Origin: Bacteroidia bacterium
Lineage (GTDB): Bacteria > Bacteroidota > Bacteroidia > UBA4408
DNA length: 64,000 nucleotides
Reading direction: 5' to 3'
Assembly: GCA_043778625.1 (NCBI GenBank)
Contig: JAYWFU010000128.1
Coordinates: 54,528 to 118,527, forward strand
Positions 24,039 through 33,854 of the stretch are shown piece by piece (positions within the stretch are counted from its first letter, which is position 1; every line of letters begins with the position of its first letter). The notes below the pieces were generated by a model. The model saw only the letters and a list, made by a program, of their open reading frames with translations. It did no database searches and was not told the origin of the DNA. A program made the translations under genes and the position numbers.

Positions 24039-25733
24039 TTACAAGCCTGTTAATTGCGTTGCAAATTTAGTAAATTCCTTATCGCCTTTGGCTAAGTTTT
24101 TTAACGAAGCATCTTTATTAATTGCTGCTTTTAGGGCATCTAACATACTTGTTGCGTTACCCATACGTGCATTAATTACTGCTTTTAAGTAGTAGCCCAT
24201 TGCTGAATTTGCATCTTTGCTAGCCTCTAATATACTTAATGCGGCATCTTTATTACCTGCTAACAAGTTAGCTAATGCTGCGTTAAACGACTTATCATTA
24301 CCGTAGTTGCTTACCGCTTGGCTGTATTCGCCTTTAGCTATTTGTAAGCTGGCCATGTTACCGTTTACTTCAGCACCTGCGCCTGCAGCGTTTTTGTACA
24401 TGCTTTCAGCGGTAGCCTTGTCGCCACTTAATTGTGCCACAACACCTAGGTTGTTTTGTACAGTTTTGTTGTTAGCGTTTAATTTATTTGCTTTTTCAAA
24501 TTCAGCTTTAGCATCTGATATTTTATTTTGCATCAAATACACTCCCCCTAAGTTGTTAGATGGGCGCCAATCGTACACAAATTTAGCTTGTGCTGCTTTG
24601 TAGATAGTTGCTTTAGCGGCTAAGTCAGTTTGTAAGTTAGCGGCATATAATAACTCCTCTACATTTAGTTGATCAGGAGCTGATGTTGCTAATTGCTTTA
24701 GTTCATCATCAGTCTTAGCTGGTTTTTCGGCGTTAATTGCTATTTTCGAGCGGCGTAGTTTAGGAAAAATATCATCAGCTAATTCAGTATATGCTTTTGA
24801 AATATTTTTCATTTCTTTTTCGCGTACTTCTAAATCAGGGTAGGTAGTTAAGATACGTAATATCATATCTTTATCTGCTATTTTAGATTGGTTCATTAAT
24901 TCTTTAAAGCCTTCCCAATCTTCGGGTGTAGCGGTTTTAGCGTAAAAACCGTCTTGCGCACCTGCTTCTAATTTATATTTTTTAAACATTGCTTTTACTG
25001 CATTAGCGGCGGTGTTACCTCGTTGGTTAGCAAGGTCAGCATTTTTGGTTTCAATACCATCTGGCGATGCATACGATGCTATACTCACTCCCTTAATAGT
25101 GTAAGCATTGGTCGTTCCGTCTTTAATAAATTTGTCTAACGCAGCTACATCTTCCGCTTTTAATTCGGTAGGACGCACAGCATCAGAATTTATTGTATAC
25201 AATATATCAGCGTTGGTACTAAACGCTGTCATTTTAGGCATTGCGTCTTTAGCCATAATTGCTTTTTGGTCGTTCATTACCAATAGTTGAGTGGTAATAG
25301 TAGCCTCCGCTAATTCAGCATTATAGGTTTTTGTTTTGCCTTTTAAGTTACCATCAATATGGCCTACTAACTTAGCATCACGCATTTCGGGAGTGTAGGC
25401 AATAACATCGCTATACGAAATTTTGCCCCCAGTTTTCCAATCTACCACTGTACCTTTGGCATCTTTAACCTTAGTACCTACCAATGTTATTGGTTTAAGT
25501 ACCTTGTCGCCATTAGCTGTTTTAATTGTAGGAGTAAATACGGCAGTAGCTTTTGGATGAAAAGTTTTGGCAGGTATCATTCCTTCAATTTTTACACGTA
25601 CACTATCTCCTACTAATTCAAGTGGCGATGGGGTAACGGTGTACGAGTTTTTGTCTAATTTTAAACTCTTGCAGCTAGATATTGCTATAACTGCTGTAGT
25701 AGCAAATAATAAACTTTTTTTTGTGGTGTTCAT
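24039..25733 (-). CDS. TPR-containing lipoprotein with an OmpA-like middle domain
   Basis: Lipobox ISSC, YASPDG...N..LA..R, EDWEGF, C-terminal TPR repeats (NNLG). Confidence 0.85.
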   Translation of the reverse strand: MNTTKKSLLFATTAVIAISSCKSLKLDKNSYTVTPSPLELVGDSVRVKIEGMIPAKTFHPKATAVFTPTIKTANGDKVLKPITLVGTKVKDAKGTVVDWKTGGKISYSDVIAYTPEMRDAKLVGHIDGNLKGKTKTYNAELAEATITTQLLVMNDQKAIMAKDAMPKMTAFSTNADILYTINSDAVRPTELKAEDVAALDKFIKDGTTNAYTIKGVSIASYASPDGIETKNADLANQRGNTAANAVKAMFKKYKLEAGAQDGFYAKTATPEDWEGFKELMNQSKIADKDMILRILTTYPDLEVREKEMKNISKAYTELADDIFPKLRRSKIAINAEKPAKTDDELKQLATSAPDQLNVEELLYAANLQTDLAAKATIYKAAQAKFVYDWRPSNNLGGVYLMQNKISDAKAEFEKANKLNANNKTVQNNLGVVAQLSGDKATAESMYKNAAGAGAEVNGNMASLQIAKGEYSQAVSNYGNDKSFNAALANLLAGNKDAALSILEASKDANSAMGYYLKAVINARMGNATSMLDALKAAINKDASLKNLAKGDKEFTKFATQLTGL

Positions 25734-25859
25734 GTATTCTTGGGTTAATTGGTTGAATGGTGTTTTTAATTAATGGCGAAAGTATTAAAAAGTTTTCAAC
25801 ACGCCAAACTATAATAGTTGAGATATTACCCCATTTTAAACAACACAAATTATTATTAC

Positions 25860-28601
25860 CTACTCCTTCACTACCTTAAACGTTGTGCTTACGCCCTCCG
25901 CATTAGTAAGCTGCAATAAGTACATGCCCGTAGGATACTCGGCTATGCTTAGTTGGTTGTTAGTTACATGCCCTTGCTTGAGTAGTGCGCTGTGTAGGCT
26001 TTGCAATGTGTAGGTGTAAGTATCCCAATTAGGGTTATTAATGGTAAGTGTGCCGTTGGTGGGGTTGGGGTACACGTCTAGTTGGTCGTAGGTGTGTATG
26101 TGCGCAGGGGAAAATGGCTTGGCGGTAGTGGTTGTAGGACTTGGTGCACCACCTTTGGTGGCGGTGTTAGCCGTTGTTATGCCTGTAGTTGTACTCACGC
26201 TAGGCTGTGCTAACCTATGCCCACTATAAGCACTACCACAATTATTTATACGCATAGCTACCGTTGAACCTGCTTTAGCACTAAAGCCTGCGCCTAGCTT
26301 AACGTTACTACCCGCTACAAACTCCACGTGGCTTGCGGGCTGGCACACTACGGGTGCTACTGTAGCCACATTAACATTGTGGTAAGCTTGGTAGCTAAGT
26401 AAGTTGGGTTGCGTAAAGTTTTTATTATCTATGGCATAATCGTAGGTACAGCAAGGTGAGTTAATGTACTCACCGTAGTACACATCATCATGGGCAGTGC
26501 CGTAGCCTATACCACTTACATCGTTAAACGAATACAAAGTAGTGTTACTAATATTGTTAGTAGCATTAGCTTTCATTTGTGTGGCTTCGTAATTAGCATC
26601 GCTAACATCATAGGTTACGCGGTTCTCGCGGAACACGGTAGCTATATCGTCTCTATCGCAGCCTGTGGGTGTAGTATTAATTAACCAATTATAATACTCG
26701 TAAATGTTTTGACGCTCTAAATCTAAGGGGAGCGTACCATTTTTTACAGCAATAAAAAAATCAGCTATTTGCTTAAACGATAATGATACGTAATCAGTGC
26801 CTTTTGCATAACTGGATTTTGCACGAGTATTTATTTGAAGTAAATCAGTATCGTATTTATGTGGATAATTGAGATCATTATCGTTATAATCAGTAGTAGG
26901 TTTCCAACTGGGTATTTTATCAGCTCCATCGTATAAATCAAACAACGCACAAGCGATGTTGTACTCACTCCTAAAACCATTGTTTACCTGATTGTTGGGT
27001 TCAAGGCTAAATACTTTAGGGTTGCGTAACTCCAAGGGAGCGTCTTTAGTGTAATGCCCTGCGCCTGGTATCGATTTTGCCCAATCAAACTCGTTGTCCT
27101 CCTGCCAATATTCTAAGTCGCACATTTGTGCAAAGGCATATCCCCAGCCTTCTGTCCATACTTCGCGTGGTGTTTTTTCGTCTTGCCATGGGTGGTTGGC
27201 TACAGCCCCAGTGTGCGGATAACCACCTTGTAAGCGGTTCATTACATGATGCCCAAACTCGTGGTACACTACTGTTTTGCGGTGGGTGTCGTCAGTTTCT
27301 AAATAAATACGATAGCCAAATGCAGGATGTAACACTGGGTCGTAGTGCGATGATTGACCAAATACATTACTATTTATGTACACATTAACTGTAATGCCAT
27401 TAGGCATATCAACTGAAGAGTAGTGCTTACGCACAAACTTATAAGCATTGTGTATATAGTGCAATGTTACAAAGGGGGCTTTATCTACATAACTAATATT
27501 CCAGTCAACACCTGTTTTGAGACCATTGTTTTGTACACCCATTGCACTAAAAACAGTAGCATGTAAGTTATACAAAATATTATTAGTTTGGCTTGGCTTA
27601 ACAACAATGTCAAAGTCTCCGTTGTCGTCAGATACTAAACGAAGTATTAATTTACCTTGATTAAATATTTTTCGCACATCAAAATTATAGCTTAACGAGT
27701 AGTTGCCATCAGCATCAATTATTCCGCCTGCTTTTACATGTTTTATTCCGTATTGTATCCATACTAATTGTATATGTACGCCCGATAGTGGTGGATATAG
27801 GTTGTAAAAATTATCGTAATCGCTTGTTTTGTTAAATGTTACATAGCCCTGTATAGTACCTTGATAATTATTTTTTGCTAAAGCGGCACTACTTTTTTGC
27901 GAAGTAGTATTGTTTGTATAATTAACAGAATCTTGATCCATCAATGCTTGTAATTGTGCAGGTGTTCGGGCTTTCATTACTATACCATAAGGCATATTGG
28001 GCAGTTGTACTACGTATTCATTTTCGATTTCGTACACTGTTTTAGTAGTGTCAGTGTTAGGTAAACGTGTACTTACGGGTAGGCTATCTTTGGATATATA
28101 CACGCGTGTAGGCGCAACACCTGTAGTGGGTTGGTTCCATTGGCGAGGCAAGTTCAAGTAGTCGTATTTGTTCCAAAGTTCTATAGTATTGTAAGGGGTA
28201 AAAAACACCACTACCTGTGTAGCCTTAGTGTTACGTGCACCTTGTGCAGAGTGGCTATGCACAGTTACATCTATTTGATCAGGGTAGTAAGGCAAGTTAT
28301 TTACTGGGTAGTTTACACTTGTGGTAACCAAAGCACTATCGCCTACATATAGTACCGTTTTGTTGTAGCTAGCACTATTACTAGCATTAAACCCATTAGG
28401 GAGGTGAGTAAACGATAGCGAATCTAAGTAAGCGGTATCGCTAGTAAATACCTTAAACTGTAGTGTAAAACTCCCAGTAAGGCTAGTTATTTCCGTACTT
28501 GTAAAACCAAGTGCTATGTTGCTATAATTACCTGCGCCACACTGCTGGGCTTGTAGTTTTGTAGCAAAAAATAGTAAGGTTATAAATAATATTGTTTTCA
28601 T
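25860..28601 (-). CDS. T9SS type A-secreted putative zinc metalloprotease
   Basis: Signal peptide; YHEFGH (HEXXH) plus downstream TEGW; AGSNVKLGAGFSAKAGS (3-coathanger-stack-like); CTD VYPNPTNG...GMYLLQ...FKVVKE. Confidence 0.8.
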   Translation of the reverse strand: MKTILFITLLFFATKLQAQQCGAGNYSNIALGFTSTEITSLTGSFTLQFKVFTSDTAYLDSLSFTHLPNGFNASNSASYNKTVLYVGDSALVTTSVNYPVNNLPYYPDQIDVTVHSHSAQGARNTKATQVVVFFTPYNTIELWNKYDYLNLPRQWNQPTTGVAPTRVYISKDSLPVSTRLPNTDTTKTVYEIENEYVVQLPNMPYGIVMKARTPAQLQALMDQDSVNYTNNTTSQKSSAALAKNNYQGTIQGYVTFNKTSDYDNFYNLYPPLSGVHIQLVWIQYGIKHVKAGGIIDADGNYSLSYNFDVRKIFNQGKLILRLVSDDNGDFDIVVKPSQTNNILYNLHATVFSAMGVQNNGLKTGVDWNISYVDKAPFVTLHYIHNAYKFVRKHYSSVDMPNGITVNVYINSNVFGQSSHYDPVLHPAFGYRIYLETDDTHRKTVVYHEFGHHVMNRLQGGYPHTGAVANHPWQDEKTPREVWTEGWGYAFAQMCDLEYWQEDNEFDWAKSIPGAGHYTKDAPLELRNPKVFSLEPNNQVNNGFRSEYNIACALFDLYDGADKIPSWKPTTDYNDNDLNYPHKYDTDLLQINTRAKSSYAKGTDYVSLSFKQIADFFIAVKNGTLPLDLERQNIYEYYNWLINTTPTGCDRDDIATVFRENRVTYDVSDANYEATQMKANATNNISNTTLYSFNDVSGIGYGTAHDDVYYGEYINSPCCTYDYAIDNKNFTQPNLLSYQAYHNVNVATVAPVVCQPASHVEFVAGSNVKLGAGFSAKAGSTVAMRINNCGSAYSGHRLAQPSVSTTTGITTANTATKGGAPSPTTTTAKPFSPAHIHTYDQLDVYPNPTNGTLTINNPNWDTYTYTLQSLHSALLKQGHVTNNQLSIAEYPTGMYLLQLTNAEGVSTTFKVVKE

Positions 28602-28612
28602 AATTATGTTTT

Positions 28613-29266
28613 TTATTTAATAATGTTATGACGTAAGAGGTTCCATCTAACGTTTGCGGTATCTAAGTAACTTATTATTCCTATTCCTCTATTCATAACA
28701 ATTTCATAGCTGTGATCAAATACAATACTCGGTCTTGTGCGTTCTATAATACATTCAGTGTAATTTATATTGTCTATTTTGTAGTTATTGGTGTCTTTTA
28801 GACCTATATTAACCCACTTATCATCAGGGTAAAAAAAGCTAACACCGACTGTTTTACGTCCAGTTTGTAAGCCAAACCAATAATTATCTTTAGTATAGTT
28901 TTGCACACGGTTTAAATCTAAATTAATGTAGTACACTAGGTAAACTTTGTTGTGACATTCGTTGTATTTATTATTTAAAATTTCAACACTCATATTTTCA
29001 TAACATTGTTTTTGGTAACAGTTGCACCCACTTTTCTCAAGGCTTTCGGTGCCTATGTAGCTATTGCACACCCAGTGGCTGTCTGTAGCTAATGTAGTTT
29101 GGTTTTGGTACACCCAGTAAGTACCTGGTTTAAAATAAAAGTAGTCTTTAACCTTTTGTGCTATTTCAATACGGTTGCCCTTTCGGCAAGCTATGCGTTG
29201 CTTGCGGTTGGTGCAGTTGCTTAACAATAGGTAGATTAGTACTGTTAGGTATAGTATAGTTTTCAT
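28613..29266 (-). CDS. Cys-rich lipoprotein (paralog A)
   Basis: Lipobox LSNC; KDYFYFKPGTYWVYQNQTT motif shared with the neighbour. Confidence 0.8.
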   Translation of the reverse strand: MKTILYLTVLIYLLLSNCTNRKQRIACRKGNRIEIAQKVKDYFYFKPGTYWVYQNQTTLATDSHWVCNSYIGTESLEKSGCNCYQKQCYENMSVEILNNKYNECHNKVYLVYYINLDLNRVQNYTKDNYWFGLQTGRKTVGVSFFYPDDKWVNIGLKDTNNYKIDNINYTECIIERTRPSIVFDHSYEIVMNRGIGIISYLDTANVRWNLLRHNIIK

Positions 29267-29272
29267 GTTATG

Positions 29273-29938
29273 TTATTTTAAAATGTTTGACTTAATTAAA
29301 TTCCAGCGTGTGGAGTCGTTACTGTTTACGTAACTTATTATTCCCACATTTTTATTCATTATTACTTCTTTATAACGTCCGTAAATATTACCTAATGTGC
29401 GGCGTTGCACATTACACTCTATATAGTTTACACCGTTAATAATACAGTTAGCCGTGTCTTTATACCCATCTCCAAACCAAGTTCCATCCATTAAAAAAAC
29501 ATTTCCATAACCTTGATTAGTTAATGTAAAATAAAAATCAACTCCTAAATATTGTTTATACTCGTCTTGCACAGTTATAATGTAGCGCAAGTATTCATGT
29601 GTATTGCTACCATCGTTGCAGCCGTTGTACTTAGGGCTAAGTATGTTTACAAACATGTTTTCGAAACACATGTGGTTATAACAATTACAACCAACTTTAT
29701 CGTAGGTTACACTAGCTGTGCCTAGGTAGCTATCGCATACCCAGTGGCTGTCTACCTCAAGGGTAGTTTGGTTTTGGTACACCCAATACGTGCCATGTTT
29801 AAAATAAAAATAGTCTTTAACCGTTTGTGGTATGCGTACTTTTTTGTTATTGCGGCATAGTACCTCGTCGCGCACGGTGCAACTAACAATCGTTAGTTGT
29901 GTTAATAGTAGTACGATTAATTTTAGCAGGGGTTTCAT
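29273..29938 (-). CDS. Cys-rich lipoprotein (paralog B)
   Basis: Lipobox IVSC; KDYFYFKHGTYWVYQNQTT...DSHWVC...GCNCY. Confidence 0.8.
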   Translation of the reverse strand: MKPLLKLIVLLLTQLTIVSCTVRDEVLCRNNKKVRIPQTVKDYFYFKHGTYWVYQNQTTLEVDSHWVCDSYLGTASVTYDKVGCNCYNHMCFENMFVNILSPKYNGCNDGSNTHEYLRYIITVQDEYKQYLGVDFYFTLTNQGYGNVFLMDGTWFGDGYKDTANCIINGVNYIECNVQRRTLGNIYGRYKEVIMNKNVGIISYVNSNDSTRWNLIKSNILK

Positions 29939-29941
29939 AGC

Positions 29942-30655
29942 TTAGATACTTATAGTTAACGATAGCATCAAATTATTATAACGAGGGTTACGTGCCAAGT
30001 AGCCAGCTTTGCTATAGAAAGAGTTCTTGTGCTGAGTGAAGTAATTATGCTCTAAGCTTACTCCAAAGTTTTTAAAGGCATAACTTACTCCAACAATTGT
30101 TTTAAAGTAGCCTATCGGAAACCGCGTGTAAACATCAGTGTCATAAAATGAAAAACTATTAGTAGGTTTGTTTAATTGGTATTGCCATTGCAATGTTTTA
30201 TTTAACAATTGTTTTTCTTCAAGGCGCTGAATAAACACCCATATAGGCGCACCTCCAGCAAATAGTTGTAGATTACTGTGCTTACTAAATTGCGTAATTG
30301 TGTATTGTAAACGTATTGGCGCTTCTAAGGAATTATTTATAAGTACGTAATACACGTTTTTAACACTACCATTAGTTAGCGGAATAGTATACGTGTCAAA
30401 CAATAGCGTACGATAATAATAGCCTAAACCCGTTTGCAGGCTTAGTTTTTTACTTTTACGAAAATGTATGTTGTAATTAGCTTCCAGCCCAAACGACCGA
30501 AACGATTTTTTACCCAAAGCACTCCCTCCTATATAATGTGCCTTAAAACTCCAATTGTATTTGGTTAAAGAAGAATCTTTTTGCGCTACTACGTTATTAA
30601 AATTACCAAGCAACAAGTAACAACTTAATGTTGTTATAAATAATGTATGTTTCAT
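29942..30655 (-). CDS. Putative outer-membrane beta-barrel protein
   Basis: Signal peptide; amphipathic strands (LSLQTGLGYY, LEAPIRLQY, VGVSY). Confidence 0.6.
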   Translation of the reverse strand: MKHTLFITTLSCYLLLGNFNNVVAQKDSSLTKYNWSFKAHYIGGSALGKKSFRSFGLEANYNIHFRKSKKLSLQTGLGYYYRTLLFDTYTIPLTNGSVKNVYYVLINNSLEAPIRLQYTITQFSKHSNLQLFAGGAPIWVFIQRLEEKQLLNKTLQWQYQLNKPTNSFSFYDTDVYTRFPIGYFKTIVGVSYAFKNFGVSLEHNYFTQHKNSFYSKAGYLARNPRYNNLMLSLTISI

Positions 30656-30667
30656 AATAGTAAATTA

Positions 30668-32506
30668 TTAACGGTTTAATAATTTACTCTCAATGGCTTG
30701 TAACCGTTGTTGTAGTAAGTCGTTTTGTTTTTTAAGTTCAATAATATACAAGTACGCCTCTTCAATTTTTTCCATTTGTTTTACTTGCATGTCAGCAAGT
30801 TTTAACCCGTCTTTCTGTACCTCAGTAGCACTAGGTATATTGGGTAAATGTTTGTTGGCGGTTATGTAATTATCTAACTCCGCTATGGTTAATAGGTTGT
30901 AGTTTTTATCAAATACATAGTCGGGAAAGATTAAGTTTTGGGGCATTACGTTTATTTCGCGCGCATACACGTAACCATTGGCGCTTACTTTAAAATTTAT
31001 TTTACCACTAGCATCATACGTTTGTATAGTTGCTTTATTACTTGGGCTATACACATTAAGCATAGCATCGCCAAACTGCCCTGCGGGTATAGCACCTATG
31101 GCAGTAAGGCCATCGCCCATTACTCTAAACGTGTAGTCGTAAGCGCCTGTAGGTTTGGTATTACTTACGATTAATGCAGTGGTACGGTCGCGCGTTACAT
31201 TTATTTGCGCAGCAGTTAACCAATCTTGTGTGTGGTTAGTGCTAACATTAAGCCCTTGATAATCCACATCGCCCTTAACATTAAGCGCACAAGCTAACGA
31301 TTGTGGGTACGGGAAACCTATCTCTACGTTTTTGCCCATGCTTACCTTTCCGCCATTAGCACCAGTATTAATTTGTGTATTGCTACCACAAAAATAATTA
31401 ATAAATAATTCGTTGGGGGTGTTGCCTCCAACACTAGCATCAATACCAGAGTTACCATTGGTAAACGATTGCATATTTAACAAGCCTGTGTTAGGCTTAG
31501 GGGCTCCAGTAGCATCGACATCAAATATTTGTACCCACCCACCAAACTGATGCCCAAAAGGAGCAAATGGCGTAGCTGCGCATGCAGGGGGCAGGGGCAA
31601 CAAAATATTGCTACCTATGTTGCGCCCGTAGTTAAACACGCCACCACCTGTGGTGGCGGTGGGCGTATAGCTTATGCCTATGTTAGCGGTGTTAAACGCT
31701 ATGCCTTGCACGGCACGCAGAGATTTAGTAAATGTTGCCGTATTATTAAATTCAGTTATTGTATTAAAACTAACTGGCGAGTTAAAATAGGCATTGTTAT
31801 TAACGTTAATACTGCCATTAACAGTAGTTGCACCATTAAGTTGTGTTGCACCACGTAACACGGTACTGTTTTGTACATCTAAGTCGTTATCTACCTTAAA
31901 ATCTAAGCCTTTAATTAAGGTGGCTGCCTGCACCTTGTCAGTAATAATAACTCCGCCACCCACGTATAGGTTGTTGCTTATACGAGCATCGCCAATAACA
32001 TCGAGTTTAAAAAACGGACTAGGTTGTGCGCCTATGCCCACATTGCCAGTGGGCTTGTACACATCGGCAGGATTATTAGCCGTTAGCCATGCCGTATTAG
32101 TAGCAGGTAGGGTTTGCCATGTGCCGTTACCTGCTAAGTACTGTGTGGCTAGGCCTGTAAAACTATAGCGTTCTATTTTGCCTTGCCCATTAGTTAGTAC
32201 CAAGCCATTAAGGGTGGTGCTGTTGAGGTCGAATGATTTTATAACCATTTCGCCATTGGGCTTTAGGCGCAATGCTTCGGCGTTGTTGGTTTTAAGTAAA
32301 ATGGTTGGTTGTTGGTAGTGCCTAGCCAATCGCCACTGTTGGCACTGGTACCGTTACGGTTCCAAGGGGCATTGGTTTGCGCAGTAGCAGTTAGTGCTGT
32401 GCTTAGCAAGGCGCACATGGTTATGCTCGCTATTGCATTAGCAACACTATGTGTTGTGTTGTGTTGTGTTGTGGCTAACCAACACGGGGATGTAATTGTT
32501 TTTCAT
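30668..32506 (-). pseudogene. Phage tail-fibre-like secreted protein, frameshifted at the 5' end
   Basis: Main ORF 30668-32329 has GNVGIG motifs and a C-terminal PDYVF...KHLPNIPSA.EV...EKIEE.YLY coiled-coil module. The N-terminus (ATG 32506; signal peptide ...TALTATAQ; WNRNG...DWLGTTNNQP) lies in other frames, broken at the (AACAC)4 tract and at about 32301. Confidence 0.75.
32450..32473. repeat. Pentanucleotide simple sequence repeat (GTGTT)4 / (AACAC)4
   Basis: Read directly from the sequence; begins about 36 nt after ATG 32506 on the - strand. Confidence 0.9.
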
Positions 32507-32680
32507 AGCTAATTGTTTTTATAGATTAACCAATAGTAACAAATAAAAATGGGATTATCAATTAAAAATGCCTAATGAAACATTAAAGCTAAAATTTGAT
32601 AATGTTGCATTTATTAATTGAATCCTCCCCACTTAAGTAAATACGCTGTTTTTTTTAATAGCTAGTGTAGTTATTGTTTT

Positions 32681-33665
32681 ATGTATGTCCGCAAATAATC
32701 ATAATCCTGTAATTGCAGCAATAACAAGCCTGTCAAAGAGTTTCTCCTCAAAATATCTTCGATTCAGTTTGTAAACAAACTCGTTAAGGTATAATTGTAA
32801 GTACTTACCCTTTATTTTGTGGTAGTTCCCTAATAAATTTCGTTTAGCATTACTTATGGTAATGTGTACCCACTTTAGTACCTTTTTGGTAGTTTCTTTG
32901 TCTGATTTTTCAGTAAAGTGTAACTCTACATAGTCTGCTATATTTACGTAAGAGGTACTTTTGTCGCTAAAAACTATACTTTTTTCACTAATAGATTCTT
33001 TTATAGTCCCGTTTATTTCAGTTGCACTGTGGCTAGTTAATACCTTTGCTTTAAAATATCTACATTGGTTAGACACCTTTCCGGTTTCAATATCCTCCAA
33101 AGGGGTTGATTCTGCTAGTATTGCGACATTTTGCTTGCCTACCGCTCCACGCCCTCTAACGCCTTTGCTTTTTTCTATTTCGCTAGACTCAATGGTAAAA
33201 TACCCCTCGTCCATTTCAATCATTCCTTCTAAAGTGTAGCGTGCATCACGCTTGCCCATTGCCTTGCGGAGCTTGTGAACCATAGCCCACACAGGTTTCG
33301 TAGCGTTTTAAACCTAATTGTTTTTGTATTTCCTTACTCGAAAACCCTTTTTTAGTCGCACTGAGTAAAAACATAGTTTTATACCATACTAAAAAAGGTA
33401 AGTTAGAACTCTGCATAATTGTTCCGCTACGCAAAGAAGTACGACTTCTGCATATTTTGCACTCGTAACTCAACCTACTTTTTATCCAATAATGTGTAGT
33501 ATTACCACAGTTACAAACTATACCCATAGTGTCTCGTTCGCCCTTGAAATGGGCTATGCAGGCTTCTTCGCTCTCAAAATTTGCTGTAAAATTAAATAAA
33601 TTCATACCGTTTTTTTCTGCTAAGATAACTAAAAATATCAATTATGGGTATTTGCGGACATGCAT
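32681..33665 (-). mobile_element. IS1595-family insertion sequence, 985 bp
   Basis: TIRs ATGTATGTCCGCAAATAATCATAAT (32681-32705) and the reverse complement of 33641-33665 (22/25 match); direct repeat TTATTGTTTT at 32671-32680 and 33666-33675. Confidence 0.93.
32699..33605 (-). pseudogene. IS1595-family transposase, split by a +1 frameshift
   Basis: N-terminal Zn ribbon (CNC...CKIC, SLRSGTIM) and DDE part (IEMDEGYF, SDKS, YLNEFVYKLNRR) are in different frames; removing one A from GAAACC near 33296 gives KRYEPVWAMVHKLR. Confidence 0.88.
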
Positions 33666-33854
33666 TTATTGTTTTAACCTTGAGCTATGGTACAAGTGGT
33701 ATTTTATACCTTAAACTATTGGTAGAAAAAAGTCGTAAATACAATTGATGGAATATAATTAAACACCCACCGTAAATTAAATTGTAAGTACACTATTATT
33801 TCAAGGTTAAAATAGTATATTTACAACACTTAAATATTTTTAATCAAAATACAA

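Noticed and set aside
28613-29938. Possible DGR template/variable repeat pair
   Set aside because: Differences are not adenine-specific, both copies are full genes, and there is no reverse transcriptase in the window
32309-32512. 67-aa ORF on the + strand
   Set aside because: Antisense shadow of the frameshifted fibre N-terminus
33246-33310. Programmed frameshift in the IS transposase
   Set aside because: IS1595 transposases are normally single ORFs and there is no canonical slippery heptamer; one extra A explains the split
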